A stretch of 63,433 bases of DNA, the filler included, from Rozella allomycis CSF55 (lineage: Eukaryota), in NCBI GenBank assembly GCA_000442015.1. It is 8 parts of 8 records of this genome, joined end to end, with 100 filler letters (N's around TTAATTAATTAA, not from the genome) between each part and the next. Parts side by side here need not be neighbours in the genome. Positions count along the whole stretch, not along the records: positions 32,438 to 56,049 come from KE561007.1; 7 more parts are not named here. The stretch is one strand, 5' to 3'. Positions 34,660 through 50,251 of the stretch are shown piece by piece; within the stretch, counting starts at the first letter, position 1; each line of letters begins with the position of its first letter. The notes under the pieces were generated by a model, which saw only the letters and a program-made list of their open reading frames with translations, was not told the origin of the DNA and ran no database searches. A program made the position numbers and the translations under genes.

Positions 34660-36621
34660 TTAACGGCGAGTTCTTAATAAAATTTGTTCATGTGCACCTC
34701 TTCTATTATATAACATGATACCCATTCCAAGACAAGCACTAACTGATAAACTTGAAATTACTAGCAAAATGATACTTTGGGCATCTGTTTCATCGTCTTC
34801 TTTTATTTTCTTATGTTTGCCCTTGATTTTATCAGCTGTCAATTTCAATGGTTTTTCAACAGAGATTTTTGGAAGCCTCTTTCGTTTTGTTCTTTTCTTT
34901 TCGTTTGCATTCACATTTGAAGATATTTCAGAGTCAACAAGGTTATAGTTTCTAAGAGGTACCATATTCAAAGTTACGTGATCTTCTTTAGGTACGGGAT
35001 GATTACTATTGGTTGCGTGGGACGAAATAGAAGGATCAGATTTATTTGGAGGATTTTTAACAGATTGACATTCCCTATCAAAATCAACATCTCCTGGATC
35101 TTCTACAACCATATTTTCAACAACCACTTTATTGACAGGAACTCTTTTATCATTTTGAAAGAGAATATGATCAAAATTCTCAGTTTTGATGTTATCGTCT
35201 TCAAAATTAACATGATCGACACTCTCAGAATTATCTTCAAAATTTAAATAATCGACATTTTCAAAATCTTCTTCGAACTTGATATTATTAGAAATCTCAG
35301 TATCACTATCCTCGTTATCTTCATCGTCATAATTATCGTGATTGTCCACAGTTTCGACATCTCCCTCGTCATCCCCATCATCCTTTACAGACTCATGTTT
35401 GACTGCAGTATCAAAATGACCAGCATTTTTGACATAATCATCGATGCCTTTATTATCAATATCATTAACCCAATCGCTAACTTCACTGATATCTTCTGCC
35501 ACGCTTTCACCTGCACTGTCAGTAAAAGTGTGGTCAACATGAACATTAACGCTATCTCTTTTTTCAGCATCAAAATTGTCACTGCCATTATTTACAGCAG
35601 AATCATCATAAAGACGCCTATCATCAACACCAGCGACGCTATCATTTTGATGTTCATGATCATCTGCACGTATTATGCTTTGATTAACTTTAATATTTCC
35701 TTTGTNGTCCTGGATGTTTTGTCTCAAATCAGAGTCATAATTAGTACCCTGAGATTCCATTCGAAGTCCTTAACATCTCTCTGACGTTCATTGTTGAAAA
35801 TCTCGAACTATGTTGAAACTCACCCTGGGGGGTCCTGGAAGTCTTTTTGGAGATCATAATCCAAACCAGCTCGCAGTGCTCGTTAAATNGACATTCTCTC
35901 GTATGGTAACACACTTTTCTTTAGCGATTGGAGTAACTATACCACAATCGGCAACTAATTTATGACTAGAAGGACCAATTATATCACGCTCTTCGATTTC
36001 ACTTGTGTTAAGATCTTNTTTCTACATCATTTGATTCCTTATTCTCTTTTGTAACACTGACTGGACTATTTTCTTCCATAACATCACTATCTTTTTCCTT
36101 TTGAACTTCAGGTGTTNCTTTGATTCCTTATTCTCTTTTGTAACACCGACTGGAATATTTTCTTCCATAACATCACTATCTTTTTCCTTTTGAACTTCAG
36201 GTGTTATAATATTAATTTCAGAAAATGCAGAATCGCATCTTTTATGCCTTTGGTTCCAAAATTTAGATCTTCCAACGTTCGAGCATATTCATCAGCAAAA
36301 TAGAAATAATTATTATCTAAATCTTGATTATTAATTTCATTGTGGATGGTTTTCNGGAACAGACAATCGAGAATATTCATCAGCAAAATAAGAATAATTA
36401 TTATCTAAATCTTGATTATTAATTTCATTGTGGATGGTTTTCAAACCTTTGAATATGTCATTGACATTCTCTCGTATGGTAACACACTTTTCTTTAGCGA
36501 TTGGACCACTGGAAACTAATTTCTGACTAGAAGGCTCTTCGATTTCACTTGTGTTAAGATCTTGAATGTCTTCAGTTTCAGCAATAGCCTTGGATGTGAC
36601 ACGCCGTGCGAGCTTGTTCAT
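34660..36621 (-). CDS. Acidic low-complexity protein with C-terminal transmembrane helix (fragmented)
   Basis: D/E/N-rich ORF ending SIILLVISSLSVSACLGMGIMLYNRR; upstream pieces joined by N. Confidence 0.6.
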
Positions 36622-37265
36622 ATCTTGGTGCTTATAAAATTTACTATTAATTTTACTCCATCGTCTAATATCGCATTTATATCGTGAAGAATTTTTAAAT
36701 AGAATTCAAATGACGTCCAACAATTAGCACTCCTTCATCATTTTGTATTGTATTATCGTATATTTGAACTTTCTCGTTTTGTCTGTCACTTCTAGTTATA
36801 CTTTGCTCTTTATTTGCAACTCTGGTTTGGTCCAAAACTCCATTAAATACTCGATGCCCACTTGGCCTGGATACTAATAAGAAAATGAAGTTATTTTTAC
36901 CCTGACGGTTAATGCCCAATCCGTTTCTGAATTCACGATCTTGGGTAACGACGTGGTTGGGCTTATAAAGAATTTTCGCTTATCAAATTGGATATAGTGT
37001 GTTTCATCATCAAGTATTCATAAGTCAAGTTCAGAAATTTTGTGATCTTTNTATCGTATTTATATCGTGAATAATTGTCTTAATAGAATTCAAATGACGT
37101 CCAACAGTTAGCACTCCTCCTTCATCATTGTGTACTGTATTATCGTATAGTTGAACTTTCTCGTTTTGTCTGTCACTTCTAGTTATACTTTGCTCTTTAT
37201 TTTCAATTCTAATTTGATCCAAAACTCCATTAAATATTCTATGCCCACTTGGCCTGGATATAGGT

Positions 37266-39578
37266 TCATCCTTTATAAGAAAATGAAGTTATTTTTACTC
37301 TGAAGCTTAATGCCCAATCCGTTTCTGAATTCACAATCTTGGGTAATGCCCTGGTTGGGCTAATAAAAAATTTTCGCTCATCATCTTCAGTTTCACTCTC
37401 TGAATCACCTTCTTCATAAAATTTGATCACTGTATCAATATCACCACTACATGTTTCGCTTTCATTGTCTAACTCTTCTTTGTGAGTCTCATTCACTGAC
37501 TCATCATTCTGTAATGCACTGTTTTCTTGTAGAGATTCCGATTCATTTAAAATATTGTCATCGATATGGGCAACATTCATGGGATTCTCGGTATTAGTCG
37601 GATCAGAAATAACAGTATCATCAACAGATACATCTAGCGGATATATTGGTACTGGTACCTTCACAGACGATGGTTGCAAATTTTGTATATTGGTATCGGG
37701 ACTTGCTGTTAAACCAGGATGACCATTTTCAATTGTATTTTGTTCAATAAAGTCATTTGAGATTTGCGATTCGTGGGAATTTCGTTCAGTGATCTCGGTA
37801 TCATCAAAGCGTTTCGTTTGAGAAGATTCAGCTGAAGCCGCTTGAGTCTTAGAAGGATTATCTTTTTGAAAAATTCGTTTTTTCAATGACATCAACATTT
37901 TATAGCCAGATTTTTGGGTCTTGACAGGCGGTACTAGGTTTGTTCTTCTCGGCAAACTGTTTGAAGCAGTCACATTCGTTTTGATTCCTGTTAAACTATC
38001 TGGCTTTTCTTCATGTGCATGCATTTTAATTAATTTATCATTAGACTGGAAAATGTGCATAATTTCGGGTGTTGATAGTGTTGATAGTGTAAAGGACTCT
38101 TGAAAACCACCATCTATTTCTGATGACTCGGGCTCTAGAATGAAACTAGGTAAAATATCGGCTATCTTGTGGGCTCCTAGCAATAAATTATATAATCAGA
38201 AATTACCATGATCAGGCGTTGACATGAACAATTCAATGTCATCATTCTTAAATGGTACTTCTACCTAAAGTTTATTTAATAAAAAGATGCTACATAGTCA
38301 TCGAGTTCGTCATACAGATTATACAACGATGGATCATTTGAATAAAAGTCCTGCTCTGAAGCTAAATGATTTTGAAACACATAGTAATGCTCAATTCTAT
38401 TCTTCAAATATTGAGCAAGATCATAGCTATTAGTAATGTTCAGGTTTTCATATTCTCGGATCGGTAAAAGACTTTTGAATATACTTAACACATCATTCAT
38501 CTCCTTCTTCAATTCGTTTCTTTCCTTTCTGCTATTTTCTTCCAAATTATTTATATATAGTTTCAAGCTTTTCTTAAAAGTTTCAACAGTCTTCTTGCTC
38601 ACTATGTAAAACGTTTCTTCATTGCCATTCTTTGGTTCGGATGAATCTTGAGATGACGACGACTTTTCATTATACTTTAATTCTGGGATTACAACTTGCT
38701 GGCAATCCTGACAAGGAACAGATTCGCAAATAGATTCGTTTCGCGATTCATCCTCCGGCTGTTCTTTGATTGGTGACATACTAGCCACACTAGCACGTCT
38801 TTTAGAAATCATAGGTTTCGTTGCGCACGAAGAAGAAGGGGGAGGCTTGCCATGTGACTGAAATGCACAATCAGATTGCGAAGAGCTTCGTACCCCGGCA
38901 TTCCACGCTTTAGGATGCTTCACACTACCAGATGATGATGCAACAGAACTGGCTTTATTAAATCCTCGGGTGCTATGTAAAATAATTAGAAAATAATTAC
39001 TCTTCAACAAGAAATGCTGAATCAGATTGCGATGAACTTCGTACCCCGGCATTCCATGCTTTAGGATGCTTCACGCTATCAGATAACGATGCGACAGAGC
39101 TTCGTGCGTTATATGGCGTATTTTGAAAAGATTCGTCTTCAACAAGAAATGCAGAATCAGATTGCCAGGAACTTCGCACCCCGGCATTCCATGCTTTAGG
39201 ATGCCTTACGCTACCAGACGACGATGCAACAGAGCTGGCTTTCTTAAATCCTCGCATGCTATATGGCGTATGCCGAAAACTGGACATTGAGTGCTCCTCT
39301 TCCACATGTTCCTTTATAGCCTCCAAACACTCGATCAAGTATCGGTACCTCTTCTCCTTAAAAAGACTAAAAAGTTCAGATCCTTGTGTTTTAAATTTTT
39401 CCCTTAGAAATGAAGAGTCCTTGCAGATTCCTCTCATCTCTAGATCTTGATCTAAAAAGTGCTCCGCCTCTGCCCATTCGCCTTTTTGAAACATATCTCT
39501 CAAACGGGGAGCTTTTGCTGTTGTTGCAGCTAGTGAAGAAGAAAACACTGATAATCCAAATATACAAAAAAGTTTCAT
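37266..39578 (-). CDS. Putative secreted Ser-rich repeat protein (multi-exon)
   Basis: MKLFCIFGLSVFSSSLAA signal; three HPKAWNAGVRSS repeats; tiny introns near 38974-39000 and 38265-38290. Confidence 0.65.
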
Positions 39579-40171
39579 GGAGGCTTGGAACACGGGTGCC
39601 AACTGCATCGCGACAAGGGTGGGGTGTCGATCTGACTATAACAATTCATGCAAGAAATGATTCTATTATCTTTAACAATGAATAACTGTATGTTGACCAT
39701 ATTTTTAGTGAAATATTTTTCTCCGTTTCCCACCAATCTGTGAGCAATTCTGAAAACGGAAAAGTCTAGACCTGTCCTTTTTCCTTTTTCAGAAAATGGT
39801 CAAAAAACCTTCTTAACATTAAAATGTACCGAAATCTAGTTCTATTTTAGTTGAAAATTGTTTTATCGATTAAATTGCCTGATCAATTGCAATTTAACAT
39901 TTTACTTCAAGTCTCAATATCAGACATTGAAATTAAAAAAATTAAGAACAATAAATGAGATAATTCTTTGCAAATGCAATTATGCATATTTAAAATCGCT
40001 TGGCTTATGGAATCATTTGATTATTCACCTTCTACTTTGCATTCAAAAATCAATGGAATGCGTTCATAAATTCATCTGACTATCTATAGAGTATAGACTA
40101 TAAACCAAATTATTATTTGACAAACTTTGAAACGACTCAAATTCAACTATGGATCCAGCGCCCCAGCCACA

Positions 40172-41416
40172 ATGACCCAAGACTTTTTATCGATAATAGA
40201 ATCAGCCAAGAACGTTTTAGCCCCTATGGTAAAGATTGTATTTTCGTTTTTACAAGGTTGATCAATCTGAGTTGGCCTGGAGAATCCTGTCTAGAAAATA
40301 TGGAGCAGATTTATGTTATACTCCCATGATTAACGCTAAAATTTACGCTGACACTAAAAACAAAAAGTACAAGGAAACTATTTTTTCTACAAATGAACAA
40401 GATCGTCCTCTTATTATTCAAGTAACATTTGCACTGTACCCATATTAGTTTTGTGGAAATGATCCTGAATTAATTCTTAAAGCTGCATTAGATTTACAGG
40501 ATAAATGTGACGCAGTTGATATTAATCTTGGTTGCCCCCAAGGGATTGCAAAGAAAGGACATTATGGAGCTTATTTACAAGATGAATGGCCTTTAATTGA
40601 ATCAATAGGTATTAAGAATAGAATCATATCATATTAGTTTCATTATTGAAGGCAAACTTAAAAGTTCCTGTCACATGCAAAATTAGAATCTTTCCTGAAT
40701 TGGAAAAGACGATTGCTTATGCGAAGATGCTGGAAAAAGCCGGATGCTCATTGCTTACTGTTCATGGAAGAACTAGAGAACAAAATAAGGATAGGTCTGG
40801 ATTGGCTGACTGGGAGGTGATTAAAGCTATAAAGTAAATTGCTTAATTTCGCTTGATAAGGGAAAATGTGTCTATACCCGTGTTTGCCAATGGAAATATT
40901 ATTTACAATGAAGATATCGACAAATGCATTGAGCTTACAGGAGTCGATGGCGTCATGTCAGCAGAAGGAAATTTATACAACCCGGGAATCTTCTTAAAGG
41001 ATTGTCATCCATTTATTCCGGATGTTATCGACGAATATCTTGAAATCTGCCAGACAACGCCAACACCTCCAACGTGCATTAAAGGGCATCTATTTAAATT
41101 GCTCCGACCTTGCATAAATAAATACACCGAGCTTAGAGACGAACTGGCAACATGTACGAATGATTTTACGCAAATCGCCAAAAAGTTTAGAATTGTTTTG
41201 GAAAAGGATCGTGAAGCTGCCTCGAATAGTACCGCGCGGTCTGATAATGAATTCGAAGTCGATGAAAACGGTTACAAGATAATTCCTCATTGGTTATGTC
41301 AGCCTTATTTCAGAGATAAAACGCTAGGAAATATAGAAAGACGACTAAAAAGAAATCCCGAAGTAATTGAAGAAGAAACCAAATGTAAAAAACAAAAGAA
41401 GGAACTCGAAGAATAA
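40172..41416 (+). CDS. DUS1: tRNA-dihydrouridine synthase
   Basis: [53 protein letters not shown]; ~28-nt introns. Confidence 0.92.
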
Positions 41417-41905
41417 ATTCATAGATATTTTTAGTTTCCATTTTTTACATGGCAGTTAGATTAAATGCATTGATATGAAACATGACAGCTGTTAAACCAT
41501 ATGTAGTTCTGCTTTAGTGGATGCTGTTCAGCAGGTACGATTGTAAATAGGCCAATTCTTCGCTTTCAATGGTATTGGTCAAACACTCATGCCAAGGTGC
41601 CACATATTGAATATAGGCGGGTGAAACATGGTGAATCATAATAAACTCGATCCTTGACTTTCCCGTTGAATCAGGTGGCAAGTGGACGTTTTTGTCGTCA
41701 TTATCAACAAGATATGCCGCGGTCCATTCCCCGCGTGTCTGCCATCGAAATTCTTATCGGGAACCGCCCATAAACCTTAGAAGTATGTTTACCTTTAAAT
41801 GTAAAACAACAAAAGACCTACAAATTGTTTATTGAACTGTAGGTCAAAGGATGACTGACAAATAAAATATTTATTTTTTGAATATTTTTATAATGCATTA
41901 TATAT

Positions 41906-42933
41906 TTAACACCACATTCTTACAGTACCATCAGCACCACCACTGATCAAACAATCGTCTTTTGGATGATATTGAATTGAAGTCACAACGCCATGATGCC
42001 CCTCCAATGTATTAACAATATTCGCCTATAAATTTATACAACCATAAATATTTACATTAACTAACTCCCAAAATCGAATTTTGCCATCTTCAGAACCGCT
42101 CACTACATGGGCGTCCTTATTATCCAACACACTCTGAATTTTCAGTGTTTTGTTTTCATGCCCTTCGTATTCATTTAATAACTCGCCGTTATCTTTGTCC
42201 AGTAATCTGATCTTTCCATCCAAAGTGCTTATCAAAATGCAATTATTGTCATTGGAGAATGACGAAGATGTTACAGGATCTAATTGAAAATGTTTTACAA
42301 AAAATACATGTTATATTGTCGTCTTTAAGAGATCCAGCTCTTATATCATACGTCCTACAATGACCGTCCACCGATCTAATAAATATACAACATGAAGGCT
42401 ACCCAGTTAAAATTTCGTGATCATTAACACAAACACTAGAGACTGAATCTTTTGCTTCATTCAAAATTTGTATTGGCTGTCGATTATTAGATCGCAAGTC
42501 CCAAACACGCACAGTGGCATCATATGACGCAGAAAACACCAAACTAGATTCGCTGTTAATTGCAACAGAATTCACCCTGTGGGTGTGTCCAGACATTTTG
42601 CGCACTATGCGACCGGCGAGGACATCCCAAAGCAATACCATCTTGTCACCTCCACCTGAAGCGAATTTTGTATTGTCTGGTGATCTATACGTTGCAACAA
42701 CAATAGTTACACTGCGATTCCATGGACTTCCCATCCATGACCTGTATATTCTTTTATTAGTTTGGACTTGTGAGGATTCCACAGACGAATAATCTTATCT
42801 TGACCTCCAGACAAACAGTATTGGCCGTCCGCTACAATATGAATTGAAGGAAATTATTACCGTTAAATTTTACTGTTAGAACAGGTCCTTGATGCCCTTT
42901 AAGAATCGCCGCTTGCTTTTTGGGTAATGGCAT
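41906..42933 (-). CDS. WDR83: WD40-repeat protein, WDR83/MORG1-like
   Basis: GHQGPVL..FN, YCLSGGQDK, FASGGGDK, SASYDATVRVWD..PIQILNEAKDSV, STLDGKIRLLD..Y.GH.N. Confidence 0.85.
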
Positions 42934-43017
42934 TCGTAAAATTCGTTGTAGGTTTTTGAGAAGGAACGCTTAAAAAATAATGATGAAATATTAGTGAAGG
43001 GCTTTTAAAATAAGTAT

Positions 43018-45083
43018 TTATTGATAGATAAGATCATTTACAGAAGTGGGTGTTTGTTGATAAAACGATTTATGTTTCTTTCTTGTCATGTATACAATAG
43101 CAAATAATACAAGTGGACACAGCGATATTAATCCAATTTTCAATCCAAATCGTCCAGTAGATTTGTCGTTGGTTTCTTTCTCTTGCTTTGAATTATAGAG
43201 GTTAAATGAATCCTATTTTATAACACTATTAATCATTCTTACAAAAGCATCACAAGTAGAAGGTGCTTCTAATTCGTGACCATAAAGATTTAAAAAGTAT
43301 AAAACAACGCCATTAGTCCAGCCAAAGCCATCTTGAACTAGATATTCACCACCAAACCCAGCGTATCCAGGTTTTCTAACATCGTATTTTTCAAACAATA
43401 AACCTATTCAAGACAATAGTCGAGAATTACCTGTTCGATTCCAACCACAGAACGTTGAATTGATCCACCGCCTAACAAGATGCATCATCTCTTTGTGATA
43501 ATCAAGATTTTCTTCGTTATAGAGTTTCAAATACATTGCATGAAGATAATATTGATGTGGAGCCCATGCATTAGGAAAGTCCCATTGTTGGGCTGATTCA
43601 ATTAACGACGTAGGAACTCCACCAGGAAACAATTGTAAAGGATCATTTAAAGATGTGAATATATTTTGGATCAAAGGTTGCTTAAACATTGACTTTTTAT
43701 AAGCTCCAGACCAAAGGGGTGAAAGATTGGAGATGTGATAATTGTCATCACGTTTATTCATGCTTGTTATATTAAAGTCAAACCAACATCCAGCTGCTGA
43801 ATCCCAGAAAAATACTTCCATAGCTTCTAATCTATCATGGGCAGCTTTGCTATATTTTTCACTCTTTTCATTATTTTTAACATAAGAGTGAAATCTAGAA
43901 AGAATTATTTCATTTTGATAAAGAATAGAATTTAAATCTACAGGAACTATATTTTTTACATTGATAGATCTCAAAGATCTTGAATCACTAAGCCACCTTG
44001 AAGTAAAATCCCATCCAGATTCTGCGCCACTGGCTACATTAGAATAATATCTTTTATGGACAATTGGATCATCACTTATTGCATGAGCTGCTTCGAAATC
44101 TTCAATGTAAGATTCTGGTCTGGGTATGTCATTTTCACCCCTGTACAAATTTAAAACATGTTTATCCTTTAAACTCATTTTTCCCTTGATGTTTGGCAAT
44201 GTTAAACTGCGATGTTTCATCCAAAAGTCATATTCCTTATCAAGTAGATCTAATGACTCAGCCAGGAACTCAAAATCCCCTGTTGCATTGACATATCTAT
44301 CAATCATTTGAACCAATAAAGGAGGTTGGCTTCTATTCAAATAATATATTCTAAACCCATTAGGTACAAACCCAAAGGTTTTCACCGCTTCTAGCATATT
44401 CATTATCACTCCCTTGATCGTAGCATGCATTTCACTGACCAAGAGTCCTTCTACTATCCAGAATGTATCCTTGTTTGAAATAAAAGCATTTATTTTACCC
44501 AATAATAAAACTCTCTAAATCTACCTCCAGGAATCACAAATGGATAAGGCGCATTCAAGCTACTTACAATACACCCATCACAAACCACGCTTTTATCAAA
44601 CTTTCTCATTAAAAATTTCCACTTGACATGAATCGATCTAGCAAAGTCTCTTAATTTCGCATCCTTTATTATGTTCAAGAAATTCGGATTCGACTTCCAA
44701 TCTGCCGGTCGAACAGGCTTCAATTCGTACCCCGCGGCATAGAAATTCCTTTCCACAAAAGCCCTGATTTCCTCATAGTCTGTAGAATTCCACACGCTGG
44801 AATAGTAATCTTCCAGAACCTACTTGCATCCATCCAATATCCTTACCACTTTTTCAGCCCGCTTCGTAGGCATATCAACAAACGTTTTAGAGTCGTTGAA
44901 TATCTTTAGCGATTGGATTTTGGAAAGCAAATCTCCATTACAATAGAGTCTAGATGTACACGAAAAATCACCCAGATGACTTCTCTTGGTAAGTAAATGC
45001 TTATTATATTGGGTAAATGCCTCACTTGTCACCAAAATAGACAGGTGAATGAAAGCCAAAAGTGAACAACCCTTGTAATTCAT
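43018..45083 (-). CDS. GH37 alpha,alpha-trehalase with signal peptide and C-terminal TM segment
   Basis: [57 protein letters not shown]; last exon ends [19 protein letters not shown]... Confidence 0.93.
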
Positions 45084-45265
45084 ATTGGGTGGCGAAGTAA
45101 TCAAACTCTTTTTAATTGATCGTGACTTGATTTTTAATTTTAACAAACGGTGAATCAATTTACTTTTCTATCTTGTTTGAATTAAACTAGCAGAAAATGA
45201 ATGATTGATTGTAAGAACACGCCCTACATATTATCGCGGCATTTTTTTGTTTTGTTTTCCGTCCA

Positions 45266-47576
45266 TGGATGATAAACATTTTCAAATCCTTTCTAAGCTT
45301 TTATCAAATATCCATCAAAAAGAAGAGAATGGATTATCGCTAAAATTCACAGAAGAAACAGAAGATCTGAATCTCTTTAATAGTGATCCCCTGCTATATC
45401 CTAGTTCTTTCAATGTTGCAAGATTTGAAATCACACCTACTGAGAAATACTCTTCAGAAGACGAATTAATAAATTATGTGTTTGAAGACTGTGAATTAAA
45501 TGACCTCGAAAAGAATTTGATCATTGAATCGTTTCATGAAATCATGAACAACCTCAAATTGATACAAGTATTTCTTAAAAGTATTGGATTTAGGTTATTT
45601 TATGGAGCTTCTATAACATATGCTCGTTTGAATATAAGCATGAAAATGACATTCAGTTTGCAAGTAAGAATTGACTGCTTGTGATATCAGTTTTGATCAA
45701 CATGCTATTTAATAGGCTTCCAAAATACTCATCGTTTAATGAATTTACATCTGCTTTTGATCTAGAAGTGTTCAAGAAACAAGATGTTGTGCGCTTCCTT
45801 GATGTTGTCGGTGATCCTGGCATATTGAAGAATCACTTGATAAACGGCCTTCTTTGCGCCTTCGACAGGGATTTTTCCACGGTAATAATCTAAATGCTCT
45901 CTCAAAGAAAATAATCGAGCGGATACTGCCCTTCTGTGATGGAATCAAGGAATATTTAGCACAATTCAACAAGCCTCGAAAAATTATCAAAAAGAAACCA
46001 ACAAAACGTAATTTGTTTTACCTTTATCGAAAGCCCAACCATTTAATTTGACTATACCGCATCCAAGGATAGTCCCCATCGAAGAGGATTTCCCGCGCTG
46101 TGTTGCATCAAGACGACCTCCCAAAACAACATATGAGCCGAGTGCTGTTCAAGAAAAAATCAATAGATTGAAAGAAAAGAACAAGGAAACGTAACTAATA
46201 AGTATTTGTTGATGATTAGGAAACCACCCGTTAAGCAGTTCCGAGTAGCTCAGTTACCATTGAAAGAGAAAAGCAATGAAGGATTGCCAATAAATTTCGA
46301 AAAGAGCAAACGGTTATCTGAACTGGCCAAGAAGAGCGAAGAGTCCATGAAACGGGCCTTTGGCCCACCTCGCCAGGAGCCGAAAGCCACTGCAGCTGCC
46401 ATATTACGAGAAGAAGCGGTAAAACAATAAGTGTGATATACCCAGTTGTTTAGAAAACGGCAAGAGGAGGAAGAAAAACAAATCAGGGAAGCAGAGATTG
46501 GCCTGAGAAATGCAAAACTGATTGAGAGATTGGAGCTTGCGATGAGAAACGAGGAGGAGTTGCAGAGACAGGTAGAGTTGGAGCGCAAGAGGCTTGAAAT
46601 ATTGCTTATCAGAGAGGACGCTGTTATATCAAAGCAGCAGAGCATTGAGAGCAGACGGGCTATAGCTGACGACGTGCGCCAGGAGCAAGCTGAAATCCGG
46701 GAGAAGATTGTGGAGTTAAAGAAGCAAGAGATGGAAATTAATGCGAATAAAGTATTGCTTGCGCAGACTATTCAAGAGAATGCCAAGAATGCGGTGAGCC
46801 GGGTGATTGCCGAAAAGAAGGAAATAGGTAAACTGTATTGCTGTGTGGAGAGTAGCTGAAAAAGTTGCCAAGGAGAAGCAAGAAATGAAGGTGCAAGCGA
46901 ATGAAGAAGCGAAGAGGGAATTGGAANGTGCAAGCGAATGAGGAAGCAAAGAGGGAATTGGAAAAGAAGATTAAACTGATCAAGCGAATCCGGGCGCTTG
47001 AGCAGGTAGCCTTGGAGAATAGGAAGCAGAGTGAAGAAGAGTGCAAGGTTGATTTTACAGAGACGAGTGGCTACGGAGTATTGAATGAAATGTCGATTGT
47101 CGAAGTACGATTGTTGTTGACTGGTGAAATAGTTGCGAGAAAGGTTGGCGTATTTAAAGACCCGAGAAAAGTATGACGAGGAAGAAAAGAGACAGAAAAT
47201 TATTAATGAGAGAACCGAGAAGAGTTCCGAGATGAATAGAAAGGTTGAGGCTATTAAAAAGTTTAGAGGGATGGAGCAAGAGAAAAGGCAGGAGAGACTT
47301 GAAAAGGGGTATGAGTATTTTGTGGGTGATAGAGGATTGGGTCTTTGTATTCTGGAAAAAGTAGTTTGTCTTCAAAGAGTTTTGTGACATCGTTGTCTGA
47401 GAGAATGATTAGAGATCCAAAGATGCAAGAATTGCAAATTAAATTGAATGAAAAGAGGCAAGGTATTGCTTAATGGAATGTGAAATAGAAAAACTTAGAT
47501 TGCTTTTAAATCAAAATGAGAATAAAAAGAAACAAGGCAACATTTTTGATCCAATTGTTTTAATAGAAAGAAATTA
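45266..47576 (+). CDS. CFAP99: Cilia- and flagella-associated protein 99-like (multi-exon)
   Basis: TAAAILREEA, long coiled coil, DFTETSGYGVLNEMSIVE-LRERL motif. Confidence 0.65.
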
Positions 47577-47629
47577 AACAAAATAAAATCATTAAACATT
47601 AAAATAGAAATTTATTTGTTTAATATTTA

Positions 47630-49972
<2,343 letters not shown>

Positions 49973-50251
49973 TTGCAAGGGTGTGGATGGAGGAGGAGGA
50001 AATGATTGATCGGTGATAGAGTTATGGGGATTGGAGTTTTGGATAAAAGAAGGAAATGGAGGAGAATAATTAGAGAGATGGTGGTGAGAGTTTTGATGGT
50101 ATTGTTGGCACCCCTATTCAAGATGATTGGGCTTTTGCGCAGACCGAGGAAAAGAAGGTTGATTGTTTAAATTTTGTTTTAAATAAACTAGTTTAAAATA
50201 AAGAGTGAATTTTAGTATTTTTGTACTGTTGGCATACTCTGAATTTCTGAA

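Noticed and set aside
41650-41670. GGGAAAGTC motif suggesting RNase P/MRP RNA
   Set aside because: I could not find the complementary downstream P4 strand.
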